Shown here: piece after piece, positions 18,699 to 27,700 of the stretch
Layout: each line of letters begins with the position of its first letter
Numbering within the stretch: position 1 is the first letter of the stretch
Assembly: GCA_963702005.1 (NCBI GenBank)
Contig: OY969696.1
Span: forward strand, 2,624,001 to 2,688,000
DNA length: 64,000 nt
From: Candidatus Aminicenantes bacterium
Lineage (GTDB): Bacteria; Acidobacteriota; Aminicenantia; Aminicenantales; JAFGBC01
Reading direction: 5' to 3'
Notes under the pieces: model-generated
What the model was told of the DNA's origin: nothing
The model's database searches: none
What the model saw: only the letters and a program-made list of their open reading frames with translations
Position numbers and translations under genes: made by a program

Positions 18699-21477
18699 AT
18701 GCCCGATGACAAAGATCTCAAGCTGAGTCTGAACCTGCCCCAGACGTCTTTCTCGATGAAGGCCAAGCTGGCCCAGAAGGAGCCGGAGATCATCAAGTCC
18801 TGGGACGCTATCGGGCTTTACCGGAAAATCCTGGACTCCCGAAGGGGCCGGCCGACTTTCGTCCTCCACGACGGCCCTCCCTACGCCAACGAGCATATCC
18901 ACCTGGGGACGGCGTTTAACAAGATCCTCAAGGACTTCATCGTCAAGACAAAGAGCATGCAGGGATTCCAGGCCGCTTACCTGCCCGGCTGGGACTGTCA
19001 CGGCCTTCCGATCGAGATCCATGTCGATAAGCGGCTGGGAGATAAAAAGAAATCCATGTCCATCACCCAGATCCGCGAAGAGTGCCGGCAGTACGCTCTC
19101 AAGTACATCGACATCCAGCGCTCCGAGTTCATCCGGCTCGGCGTCCTGGGCGAATGGGAAGCGCCCTACCTGACCATGAACCCCGAGTACGAGGCCGATA
19201 CCCTTCGCTGCCTGGCCGCCTTCTTCGCCTCGGGCAACGTCTATAAGGGGAAACGGCCGGTTCATTGGTGCTTCCACTGCCGGACGGCCCTGGCCGAGGC
19301 CGAGATCGAATACAAAGACAAGACGTCGCCTTCGATCTACGTCCGCTTCCAGGTCCTCTCCGACCTGACGGCTAAGGCCCCGGCCCTCAAAGGGAAAAGA
19401 GTCTACGTCCTGATCTGGACGACGACTCCCTGGACCCTGCCGGCCAACCTGGCTATCGCTTTTCATCCCAAGCACGACTACGCCGCCGTCGAAGTCGGAG
19501 CGGAAGTTTACATCCTGGCCGAGCGGCTCGTCCCGGTCGTCGCCGAGGAGCTCGGGTTCAAGGAGACAAAAATCCTGGCGACCTTCACGGGCGGCGAGCT
19601 CGAGGGCCTCAGGGCCCGCCATCCCTTCATCGACAGGGAATCGGTCTTCGTCCTGGCCAACTATGTAAATCTCGAGGACGGGACGGGCGCCGTCCACACG
19701 GCTCCAGGCCACGGCCACGACGACTATCTAACCGGGATGGCCTACGGCCTCGACATCTACACTCCGGTCGACGGCAACGGAAACTTCACCCCCGACGTCG
19801 CCAACTACGCCGGCCTCAACGTGTTCAAGGCCAACAAGCCCATCACGGACGACATGAAGAAGGAGGGGAGCCTCCTCAAAGAAACCGTCATCAGCCACTC
19901 CTATCCGCATTGCTGGCGCTGCAAGAATCCCGTCATCTTCCGGGCGACCGAGCAGTGGTTCATCTCCATGGACGCCTCCGGCCTGCGGGAGCGAACCCAG
20001 GACGCGATCCGCAAGGTTCGTTGGATCCCGGCCTGGGGCGAGGAGCGGATCGCCAATATGATGAGCGGACGGCCCGACTGGTGCATTTCGCGCCAGCGCC
20101 TATGGGGAGTCCCCATTCCGGCTTTCCGGTGCGTCCGTTGCGGAGCCGTCCTGGCCGGCGCGGAGGTCGCCCGGCACGTCGCCGACGTTTTTTCAAGGGA
20201 GGGCTCAGACGCCTGGTTTAGCAGGGCGGCCAAGGACCTCGTGCCCCCGGCCGCGGCCTGTCCCTCCTGCGGCGCCGCCGAGTTCGAAAAGGCCAACGAC
20301 ATCATCGACGTCTGGTTCGAGTCGGGGGCCAGCCAGGGCGTCCTGGGCAAGCGGCCGGACCTCCCTTGGCCCGCCGACGTCTACATCGAAGGCCACGACC
20401 AGTATCGAGGCTGGTTCAACAGCTCGATCGTCATCGGAGTCGGGGCCAAGGGCGGCTCGCCCTACCGGACCTGCATAACCCACGGCTTCATCCTGGACGA
20501 GCAGGGGAGGGCCATGTCGAAATCCCAGGGGAACGCCATCGACCCCGGCCAGATCATCGCCCAGAACGGGGCCGAGATCCTCCGGCTGTGGGCCGCCATG
20601 CTGAACTATAAGGAGGACGCCCAGTTCGGGAACGAGATCCTGCAGCGGCTGGTCGAGGCCTATCGCAAGATCCGGAACACTTGGCGCTACCTGCTGGGGA
20701 ATCTCTACGATTTCGATCCGGCCGCCGACGCCGTCCCGGCCGCCGACCTGGAGCTCCTCGACCGCTGGGCGCTGGAGGCGACGGCCCGGACCGGCCGCCG
20801 CATCCTCAAGGCCTACGAGGAGTACGAATACCACGTCGTTTTCCATTCCCTCTATCAGTTCTTCACGGTCGAGATGAGCGCCGTTCTATCTCGACATCAT
20901 CAAGGACCGGCTCTACTGCTCGGCCAAGGCGTCCCGGCTTCGCCGCTCGGCCCAGACGGCCCTGTTCCGGATCCTTAAGGATACCCTGTCCCTGATGGCG
21001 CCCATCCTGCCCTTCACGACGGACGAAGCCTGGGGGACGATGCCGGCCTTCCCGGACAAACCGGAATCCGTCCACCTCGGCCTGTTCCCGGCCTACGAGG
21101 AAACCTGGCTCGACCCGGAGGCCTTCAACGAGCAGGAAGCCCTGATGGCCGTTCGGGAGAAGGTTCTCAAGGAGCTCGAGAAGGCCCGCGAGGACAAGCT
21201 CATCGGGAACTCGCTCGAAGCGTCGCTGAGCTTGGCCGTCCCGACAGCCCAGTTGGCGCTTCTTAAAAAACAGCAAGCCTCCCTTCCCGCCCTGTTCATC
21301 GTTTCGGCCGTATCGCTGAAAGAGGGGAGCGGTCCCGAGCTCCAAGTCGAGGTCGGCCGGGCGCCTGGCGAGAAATGCGAGCGCTGCTGGAATTACGCGA
21401 CCACGGTCGGCTCCTCGAAGGCGTTTCCCAAATGTTGCCGGCGCTGCGCCGATGTCCTGGAAGGGGCACGGACATGA
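18699..21477 (+). CDS. ileS: Isoleucyl-tRNA synthetase (type 1), with a +1 nt frameshift at about 20883 (probable sequence error)
   Basis: DGPPYAN-HLGT, GWDCHGLP, WTTTPWT, DWCISRQR and AMSKS motifs; removing one base restores EMSAFYLDIIKDR and joins the 20995 ORF carrying the C-terminal Zn finger CERCW. Confidence 0.93.
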
Positions 21478-21950
21478 GACACAAAGGACTCGCCCTCGGA
21501 TTCATCGGTTTGCTGGTCGTCCTGGATCAGATCTCGAAGGCGGTCGTCGCCAAAAGCCTGGTCCTCTTTGAGAGCCGCACGGTCATCCCGGGCTTTTTCA
21601 ACCTCGTCCACAGCCGTAACGACGGGGCCATTTTCGGATTCCTGTCCCACGCCGGGAGCCCGGCTTTCCGCTGGGCGCTGGCGATAGCCTCCTTCGTGGC
21701 CCTGGGGCTGGTCTTGTTTTATTTCATCAAGACTCCGGGACGGGACGTCCTGATGCTGACCGCCTTGTCCCTGATCCTGGCCGGAGCCTTCGGCAACAAC
21801 ATCGACCGGATCTCGCGCGGCTATGTCGTCGATTTCCTGGACGTCTATGTCAAGCGCTGGCACTGGCCCGTCTTCAACGTCGCGGATTCCTGCATCTCGA
21901 TCGGCGCCTGCCTCCTCCTCATCGTCCTCTTCAGGAGAAAACCGGCATGA
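21474..21950 (+). CDS. lspA: Lipoprotein signal peptidase II
   Basis: DQISK, NDGAIFG, GAFGNNIDR, VVDF and FNVADS motifs. Confidence 0.95.
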   Translation: MRHKGLALGFIGLLVVLDQISKAVVAKSLVLFESRTVIPGFFNLVHSRNDGAIFGFLSHAGSPAFRWALAIASFVALGLVLFYFIKTPGRDVLMLTALSLILAGAFGNNIDRISRGYVVDFLDVYVKRWHWPVFNVADSCISIGACLLLIVLFRRKPA

Positions 21951-22744
21951 TCCCCATCGTCTTTAAGCTCGGCCCGCTGACCCTCCACAGCTACGGCTTG
22001 ATGATGGCCCTGGGGGTGGGCTTCGCGCTCTGGTTTCTCTATGTCCAGGCTAAGAAGCAGGGGCTCGACACCCTGAAGCTGATCGACGCGGCGTTCTACA
22101 CGATCCTCATCTCTCTGGTCGGCGCCAAGCTCGTACTGTTCCTTTCCAATTTCGACTACTACACGAGCTATCCGGGGGAGCTCTTCGCCCTGGCCAAGTC
22201 GGGCGGCGTCTTTCAGGGCGGGCTGGCCATCGGCGCCCTGTTCGCACTCTGGTATTTCCGGAGGAAGAAGATCCCGACCTGGAAGACGGCCGACATCATC
22301 GCCCCCGCCCTCGCTCTCGGCCACGGCTTCGGCCGGATCGGCTGCTTCGCCGCCGGCTGCTGTTACGGGAGGGCCTGCGACGAGCCCTGGGGGGTCGTCT
22401 TCCATAACGACTACTCCCACAACCTGACCGGCATCCCGCTCGGCGTGCAGCTTCATCCCGTTCAGCTTTATGAAGCGGCCCTCAATTTTCTGAATTTCGT
22501 TGTCCTGTTTGTGATCCTGAGACGGAAAAAGTTCGACGGCCGGGTCTTCTCGCTGTACATCATCAATTATTCCATCATCCGCTACTTCACCGAATTCTTC
22601 CGGGGCGACCATCCGGACCGCGCCTTTCTCCTCCAGGGTTCTTCGCCTTACCTGAGCCTGTCCTATCCGCAGCTCTTCTGCCTTCTGGGCATCGGGGGCG
22701 GGATTCTGCTGGGCCTTGTGCTCAAACGGCGCCAACGTGTCTGA
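21947..22744 (+). CDS. lgt: Prolipoprotein diacylglyceryl transferase
   Basis: SYG, GGVFQGG, GRIGCFAAGCCYG, HPVQLYE and EFFR motifs. Confidence 0.95.
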   Translation: MIPIVFKLGPLTLHSYGLMMALGVGFALWFLYVQAKKQGLDTLKLIDAAFYTILISLVGAKLVLFLSNFDYYTSYPGELFALAKSGGVFQGGLAIGALFALWYFRRKKIPTWKTADIIAPALALGHGFGRIGCFAAGCCYGRACDEPWGVVFHNDYSHNLTGIPLGVQLHPVQLYEAALNFLNFVVLFVILRRKKFDGRVFSLYIINYSIIRYFTEFFRGDHPDRAFLLQGSSPYLSLSYPQLFCLLGIGGGILLGLVLKRRQRV

Positions 22745-23672
22745 GCGGGAGTTCGCCTTTGTCCACGGCGAGGACGACAACCTCCGGCTCGACGTCTACC
22801 TCGTCGACCAAGTCCGGGACTTGACCCGGGCCCAGATCCAGAATCACATCGAGGACGGCCTGGTCACGGTCAACGGCCTGATCCGAAAATCCGGCTACCG
22901 GCTCAGGCCGGGAGACGCCGTCATCATCCGGGTCCGGGACTTCGAGCCGCCCTCCCTCGATCCCGAACCCATTCCGCTTCGGATTATCTATCAAGACGAG
23001 GATGTCGTCGTCATCGACAAGCCCTCGGGACTGGTCGTCCATCCCGGGGCCGGCGTCCACTCCGGAACGCTGGTCAACGCGCTGCTCCATCATTTTCCCG
23101 AGGTCCGGCGCGTCGGCGCCCCCGAGCGTCCGGGGCTGGTCCACCGCCTGGACAAGGAGACGTCGGGCGTCATGGTCGTCGCCCGGACCGAACGGGCTTT
23201 CTACGAGCTCCAGCGCCAATTCAAGCGGCGCATCGTCCAGAAGACCTACCTGGGCCTGGCCCGCGGCCGGCCGGACGAGGAGGGCAGGATCAACTGGCCG
23301 ATCGGACGCCACGTCAAGGACGGCCAGCGCTTCTCGATTAAGACCCGGAAACCCAAGGAAGCCAAGACCCGCTTCCGGGTCCTGGAGCAGTTCAACGACT
23401 TCGCCCTGCTCGAGATCAAGCCCTTGACGGGCCGGACCCACCAGATCCGCGTCCATATGGCCGCCGCCGGCCATCCGCTCTACGGCGATCGACTCTACGG
23501 TCCCAAGAAAACGAAGGGCCTCGAGCCCCGGGTCTTTCTCCACGCCCACAACCTGGGTTTCATCCATCCGGTCCGGAAGGAATGGGTCGAGTTTCTCTCC
23601 CCCCTCCCCCTGGACCTCGACACGATCCTGGACCGGCTCAGGGCTTCCGCGATCCGTCCCCCCCAGGCTTAA
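22737..23672 (+). CDS. rluD: RluA/RluD family pseudouridine synthase
   Basis: S4 domain, KPSGLVVHP, HRLDKETSG and GRTHQIRVH motifs; GTG start overlapping lgt. Confidence 0.88.
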   Translation: MSEREFAFVHGEDDNLRLDVYLVDQVRDLTRAQIQNHIEDGLVTVNGLIRKSGYRLRPGDAVIIRVRDFEPPSLDPEPIPLRIIYQDEDVVVIDKPSGLVVHPGAGVHSGTLVNALLHHFPEVRRVGAPERPGLVHRLDKETSGVMVVARTERAFYELQRQFKRRIVQKTYLGLARGRPDEEGRINWPIGRHVKDGQRFSIKTRKPKEAKTRFRVLEQFNDFALLEIKPLTGRTHQIRVHMAAAGHPLYGDRLYGPKKTKGLEPRVFLHAHNLGFIHPVRKEWVEFLSPLPLDLDTILDRLRASAIRPPQA

Positions 23673-23691
23673 TCTGCGGGCCGGGAGCTTC

Positions 23692-23720
23692 TTGAAGAGT
23701 CGATGAATATTGCCTATAAT
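23692..23720 (+). promoter_or_regulatory. sigma70 promoter directly abutting the GWxTD gene start (likely leaderless)
   Basis: TTGAAG-17 nt-TATAAT, with the GTG start 6 nt later. Confidence 0.6.
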
Positions 23721-23726
23721 AAGTAG

Positions 23727-25793
23727 GTGAAAAAGACAATAATCGTTTTCGCCCTTTGCGCGGCCTCCCTTTTGCTATTCCTGTCCTCCCCGGCCCAGAC
23801 CAAGAAGTCCGTCAAGGACCTGAGCCCTTTCTACCGGAAATGGCTCCAGGAGGAAGTCGTTTACATCATCACTCCCAAGGAAAAAGAGGTCTTCATCCAG
23901 CTCGATAACGACCGGCAGAGGGACATGTTCATCGAAGCCTTCTGGAAGCAGCGGGACCCGAACCCGGCGACGCCCGAAAACGAGTTCAAGATCGAACACA
24001 TGCGCCGGATCGCCTATGCCAACCAGCACTACGGCAAGAGCTCCCCGGGGCCGGGCTGGCGGTCGGACCAAGGCCGAATTTATATCATCCTGGGCGAGCC
24101 GAATTCGACCGATCGGCTCGATAACCGGACCGAAATCTACCCGATGGAAATATGGTTCTACAGCGGGAAGCTGGAGTACAGGCTGCCCAACGCGTTTTCC
24201 GTCGTCTTTTTCAAGAAAGACGGCGGCGGCGAATACGAGCTCTATTCCCCGATTAAATTCGGCCCCCAGTATTTGATGCCCATGTATAGCGGGGACATGA
24301 CGGATTACGCGGCGGCCTACGGCCAGCTGTACAACATCGATCCCGGGATCGCCAATCTTTCCCTGTCCCTGATCGAGGGAGAATCCCTGATTGGGGTCTC
24401 TCCATCGATCGCCTCGGAGGCCCTCGTCTACCAGAAGATCCCCTCGGCTCCCATGGTCAAGGTCAAAGACGGCTATGCGGAAAAGCTCCTTTCCTACAAG
24501 GACGTCATCGACGTCGAATACTCGGCCAACTACATGGACAACGACGCCGTCGTCCGGGTTCTGCAGGATGCGGCCGGCCTGTTCTATATCCATTATCTGA
24601 TCGAACCGGCCCGTCTGACCTTCGAGCAGTACGACAAGCGGTTCCTGTCCAACCTCGAAATCAACGGCACGGTCACGGACTCCAACGGGAATCTTGTCTA
24701 CCAATTCGAGCGCAAGGCCCCGATCGAGCTGAATCAGGATCAGATCGCGGCGATCCGTCCCAAACTCTTCAGCTTCCAGGACATGCTGCCTTTCATCGCC
24801 GGGCGCTACAAGTTGAGCATCCTCTTCAAAAACACCGTTTCCAAGGAATTCACCTCCCTGGAATCCGCGATCACCGTCCCGGATAGGTCGGCTCTCGCCA
24901 TGAGCCCGATCCTGCTGGCCAGCAAAGCCGATAAAGACTCGAAATACGCCGGCCAGAACAAGCCTTTCCTTCTGGGGCGTACCCAGCTCGTCCCCTCGCC
25001 CCGGAACGATTTTACCGCGAACGATACGCTCTTCGTCTTCGTCCAGGTCCAAGGTTTGACCGAGGATCTGCGCCGGGACGGGACTCTGGAATTCGCCGTT
25101 CTCAAAGACGGCGTCAAGGTTCAGTCGACGGTCCATCGGCTCGCCGACATTCCGGACCCGCTCGCCGTTCTGGAGTCCTTTGCCCTGGCGGACCTGAAGC
25201 CCGCCAACTATGAGGTCAGCGCCTCCCTCTGCGACCGGAGCCAAACCGTCCTGCTCACGGACAAAGCTCCCTTCTATGTCAGCTTTATGCAGGCGCTACC
25301 CCGACCCTGGGTTTTGTCCCTGCCCAAGCCCGCCGACAACGACGCCGAGACACTTAACTCCTTGGGCATCCAGTACTTGAACATAAAGGATATGACCAAG
25401 GCCCGCGCCTACCTCGAACAAGCCTATCGCAGGGATCCGACCTCCCCGGCTTTCGCCCTCGATTTCTGCCGTCTCCTGTTCGAGGCCAAGGACTACCGGC
25501 GGGTCAAGGACATCGCCCTGCCTTTTGTCAAGGACATGCAGAAATATGAATTCCTGGAGCTCCTCGGGCAGTCCTCGCAAGGCCTGGGCGAACTCGCGGA
25601 TGCCGTCGCTTTTTATAAAGAGTATCTGGCCCGCCTTGGGACTAACTTGAATATTCTCAACAGCATAGGAGACTGCTGCCGCCAGCTCGGTAACCTGCCG
25701 GAAGCCCTGGTCGCCTACGAAAAATCTCTCGAGATCAATCCCAACCAGGACAAGATCAAGGCTCTTGTCAAATCCCTGAAGGAGAAAAAATGA
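23727..25793 (+). CDS. Secreted GWxTD-domain protein with beta-sandwich region and C-terminal TPRs
   Basis: Signal peptide; WLQEEVVYII...FWKQRDP...NEFKIEH..RIAYAN...GWRSDQGRIYIILGEP...EIWFY (TIGR04514-like); TPR-like helices at the C-terminus. Confidence 0.85.
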   Translation: MKKTIIVFALCAASLLLFLSSPAQTKKSVKDLSPFYRKWLQEEVVYIITPKEKEVFIQLDNDRQRDMFIEAFWKQRDPNPATPENEFKIEHMRRIAYANQHYGKSSPGPGWRSDQGRIYIILGEPNSTDRLDNRTEIYPMEIWFYSGKLEYRLPNAFSVVFFKKDGGGEYELYSPIKFGPQYLMPMYSGDMTDYAAAYGQLYNIDPGIANLSLSLIEGESLIGVSPSIASEALVYQKIPSAPMVKVKDGYAEKLLSYKDVIDVEYSANYMDNDAVVRVLQDAAGLFYIHYLIEPARLTFEQYDKRFLSNLEINGTVTDSNGNLVYQFERKAPIELNQDQIAAIRPKLFSFQDMLPFIAGRYKLSILFKNTVSKEFTSLESAITVPDRSALAMSPILLASKADKDSKYAGQNKPFLLGRTQLVPSPRNDFTANDTLFVFVQVQGLTEDLRRDGTLEFAVLKDGVKVQSTVHRLADIPDPLAVLESFALADLKPANYEVSASLCDRSQTVLLTDKAPFYVSFMQALPRPWVLSLPKPADNDAETLNSLGIQYLNIKDMTKARAYLEQAYRRDPTSPAFALDFCRLLFEAKDYRRVKDIALPFVKDMQKYEFLELLGQSSQGLGELADAVAFYKEYLARLGTNLNILNSIGDCCRQLGNLPEALVAYEKSLEINPNQDKIKALVKSLKEKK

Positions 25794-26692
25794 GAAAATT
25801 AGGTTGGGGACTGATCCTGGCGGGCGTCTGCCTGAGCATGGCCTGCTTCTTGCGGCCGTCGCTGAGTTCTCTCGATCCCGAAAGCAGGGAATTCCTGTCC
25901 AAGGTCCGCTACCTGATCAGCAAAGACGAGCGAACGGTCTTCCTCGGTCTGGCCGGCCCGGAAGACCGTATGACCTTCATAGAGGATTTCTGGAAGAAGC
26001 GGGATCCCGACCCGGACACCGAAGCCAACGAATTTAAAATCGAATATTTCGCCCGGATCGACGGGGCCAATCATCTGTTCAAGGAAGGAACGACCCCGGG
26101 CTGGATGAGCGAACGGGGCAGGTTGTACATCACGCTCGGACCGCCCGAGAACCGGGTGACCTATCCGCGCGGAGTCACCTTCTACGGGAAACCGACCGAG
26201 GTCTGGTATTACGGTTTCTTCCCGGTCATGTTCGTCGACGACAACTGGACGGGCACCTACCGGCTCGATCCGCTGAGCGCCGCCCAGATCGGCGAAATGA
26301 CCAAGACCCAGGTCATGCTCAGGCCGAAGGTCGGCGCGGATTCCTGGATGAAAGAAGTCCCCCTCGAGGTCCAGGCCGTCGGGGCGGGGGAGGCCCTCGT
26401 CCGGGTCAAGCTGCCCTACAGGGACATCTGGCTCAACCTCGACGGCGACCGGATGACGACGACTCTTAAGGTTTCGATCGAGGTGACCGACGCGGCCGGG
26501 GCGAAAGTCTGGCAGGACGAACGCTCCTATCCGCTTTCATACGCCAAGAATGAATACTTGAAAATGCGCGGGGAGACCTATCTGATCGAGATCCCGATCA
26601 AGCTTTCTCCCGGACAATACGAGCTCCGGCTGACGCTCCTCGACGTGTTCCCGGGATCTCGGCTGGAAAAGAAAGCCAAATTGACTCTATAA
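25790..26692 (+). CDS. GWxTD-domain lipoprotein
   Basis: Lipobox-like LSMAC; FWKKRDP..NEFKIEY..GWMSERGRLYITLGPP..EVWYY. Confidence 0.82.
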   Translation: MRKLGWGLILAGVCLSMACFLRPSLSSLDPESREFLSKVRYLISKDERTVFLGLAGPEDRMTFIEDFWKKRDPDPDTEANEFKIEYFARIDGANHLFKEGTTPGWMSERGRLYITLGPPENRVTYPRGVTFYGKPTEVWYYGFFPVMFVDDNWTGTYRLDPLSAAQIGEMTKTQVMLRPKVGADSWMKEVPLEVQAVGAGEALVRVKLPYRDIWLNLDGDRMTTTLKVSIEVTDAAGAKVWQDERSYPLSYAKNEYLKMRGETYLIEIPIKLSPGQYELRLTLLDVFPGSRLEKKAKLTL

Positions 26693-26721
26693 TCGATAAT
26701 ATCGAATCCAGGGAGGAGAGG

Positions 26722-27691
26722 ATGAAAACGAGCGGCTTTTTTCGAATCGCGATCGCAATCGGCATCGCGGTTGTCCTGACGGCGGGGACCGCCTCCGCCC
26801 AGGCGGGGATGGGGCTGGCCCGTCTCTCCGGCGTCGTGGTCGATACGGCGGGGAAGCCCATTCCCGGCGTCAAAATCGTGGCCGAATTCCAGCAGGATGT
26901 CGGCGTCAAGAAAGAGGCGACGGCCAACGACAAGGGGGAATGGGCGATCATCGGCATGGGCACCGGCAACTGGACGGTGACGGCCACGGCGGACGGATAT
27001 CTGGCCGCCAGCGTAAGCTATTTTGTCCGGCAGCTGGACAAAAATCCCAAGCTGACCATCAAGTTGACCAGGGTGGAAAGATCGTCCGGATTGGTCCAGG
27101 ATGAGGCCTCGCTCCAGATGCTGGACGAAGCCAACGCATTCTACGCGGACGGCAAATACGATACGGCGCTCGTCATGTTCGAGCAGTTCCTGGAGAAGAA
27201 TCCCGCCGTCTATCAGGTCATCCTCAACATGGGCGACTGCCACAGAGAAAAGATGGAATACGATCAGGCCATCGTCAATTACAACACGGTCATCGAGCGG
27301 GCCAAGGACGACCCGAACATGGGAAAAGCTATGACGGCCAAGGCCCTGGCCGCGATCGGACTCTGCTATCTGCGCCAGAACAACCTGGCTGAGGCTCAGA
27401 ACTATTTCAAGCAGTCGATCGACACGGCTCCCCAGGACGAAACGCTGGCCTACAACGTGGGCGAAATCTGCTTCTCCAACCAGCAGATCGATGAGGCTTC
27501 GCGCTATTTCGAAATGGCGATCCAGATCAAGCCGGACTGGCCGGATCCCTATCTCAAAATGGGCTATGTCTACCTCAACAAGGGCGACATGGCCAAGGCG
27601 ATCGAGTCTCTTCGAGAAGTTCATCAAGCTCGAGCCCAACACCGCTCGCTCCGCCCAGGCCCAGGCGATCATCGATTCCATTAAGAAATAA
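26722..27691 (+). CDS. Secreted carboxypeptidase-regulatory-like domain + TPR protein (+1 nt frameshift at about 27610)
   Basis: Signal peptide, SGVVVDTAGKPIPGVKI...GNWTVTATADGY and tandem TPRs. The track ORF ends at 27684, but the alternative frame FEKFIKLEPN...IDSIKK (stop 27691) completes the last TPR. Confidence 0.8.
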
Positions 27692-27700
27692 GATCGGCGG

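Noticed and set aside
18890-20530. Non-canonical IleRS motifs HLGT and AMSKS as a mupirocin-resistance variant
   Set aside because: Within ordinary variation of type 1 IleRS; these are not the known resistance-associated type 2 signatures.
15831-20890. Programmed frameshifting or true pseudogenes in nadB and ileS
   Set aside because: No slippery heptamer or stimulator, and both halves are otherwise undegraded; sequence error is more parsimonious.
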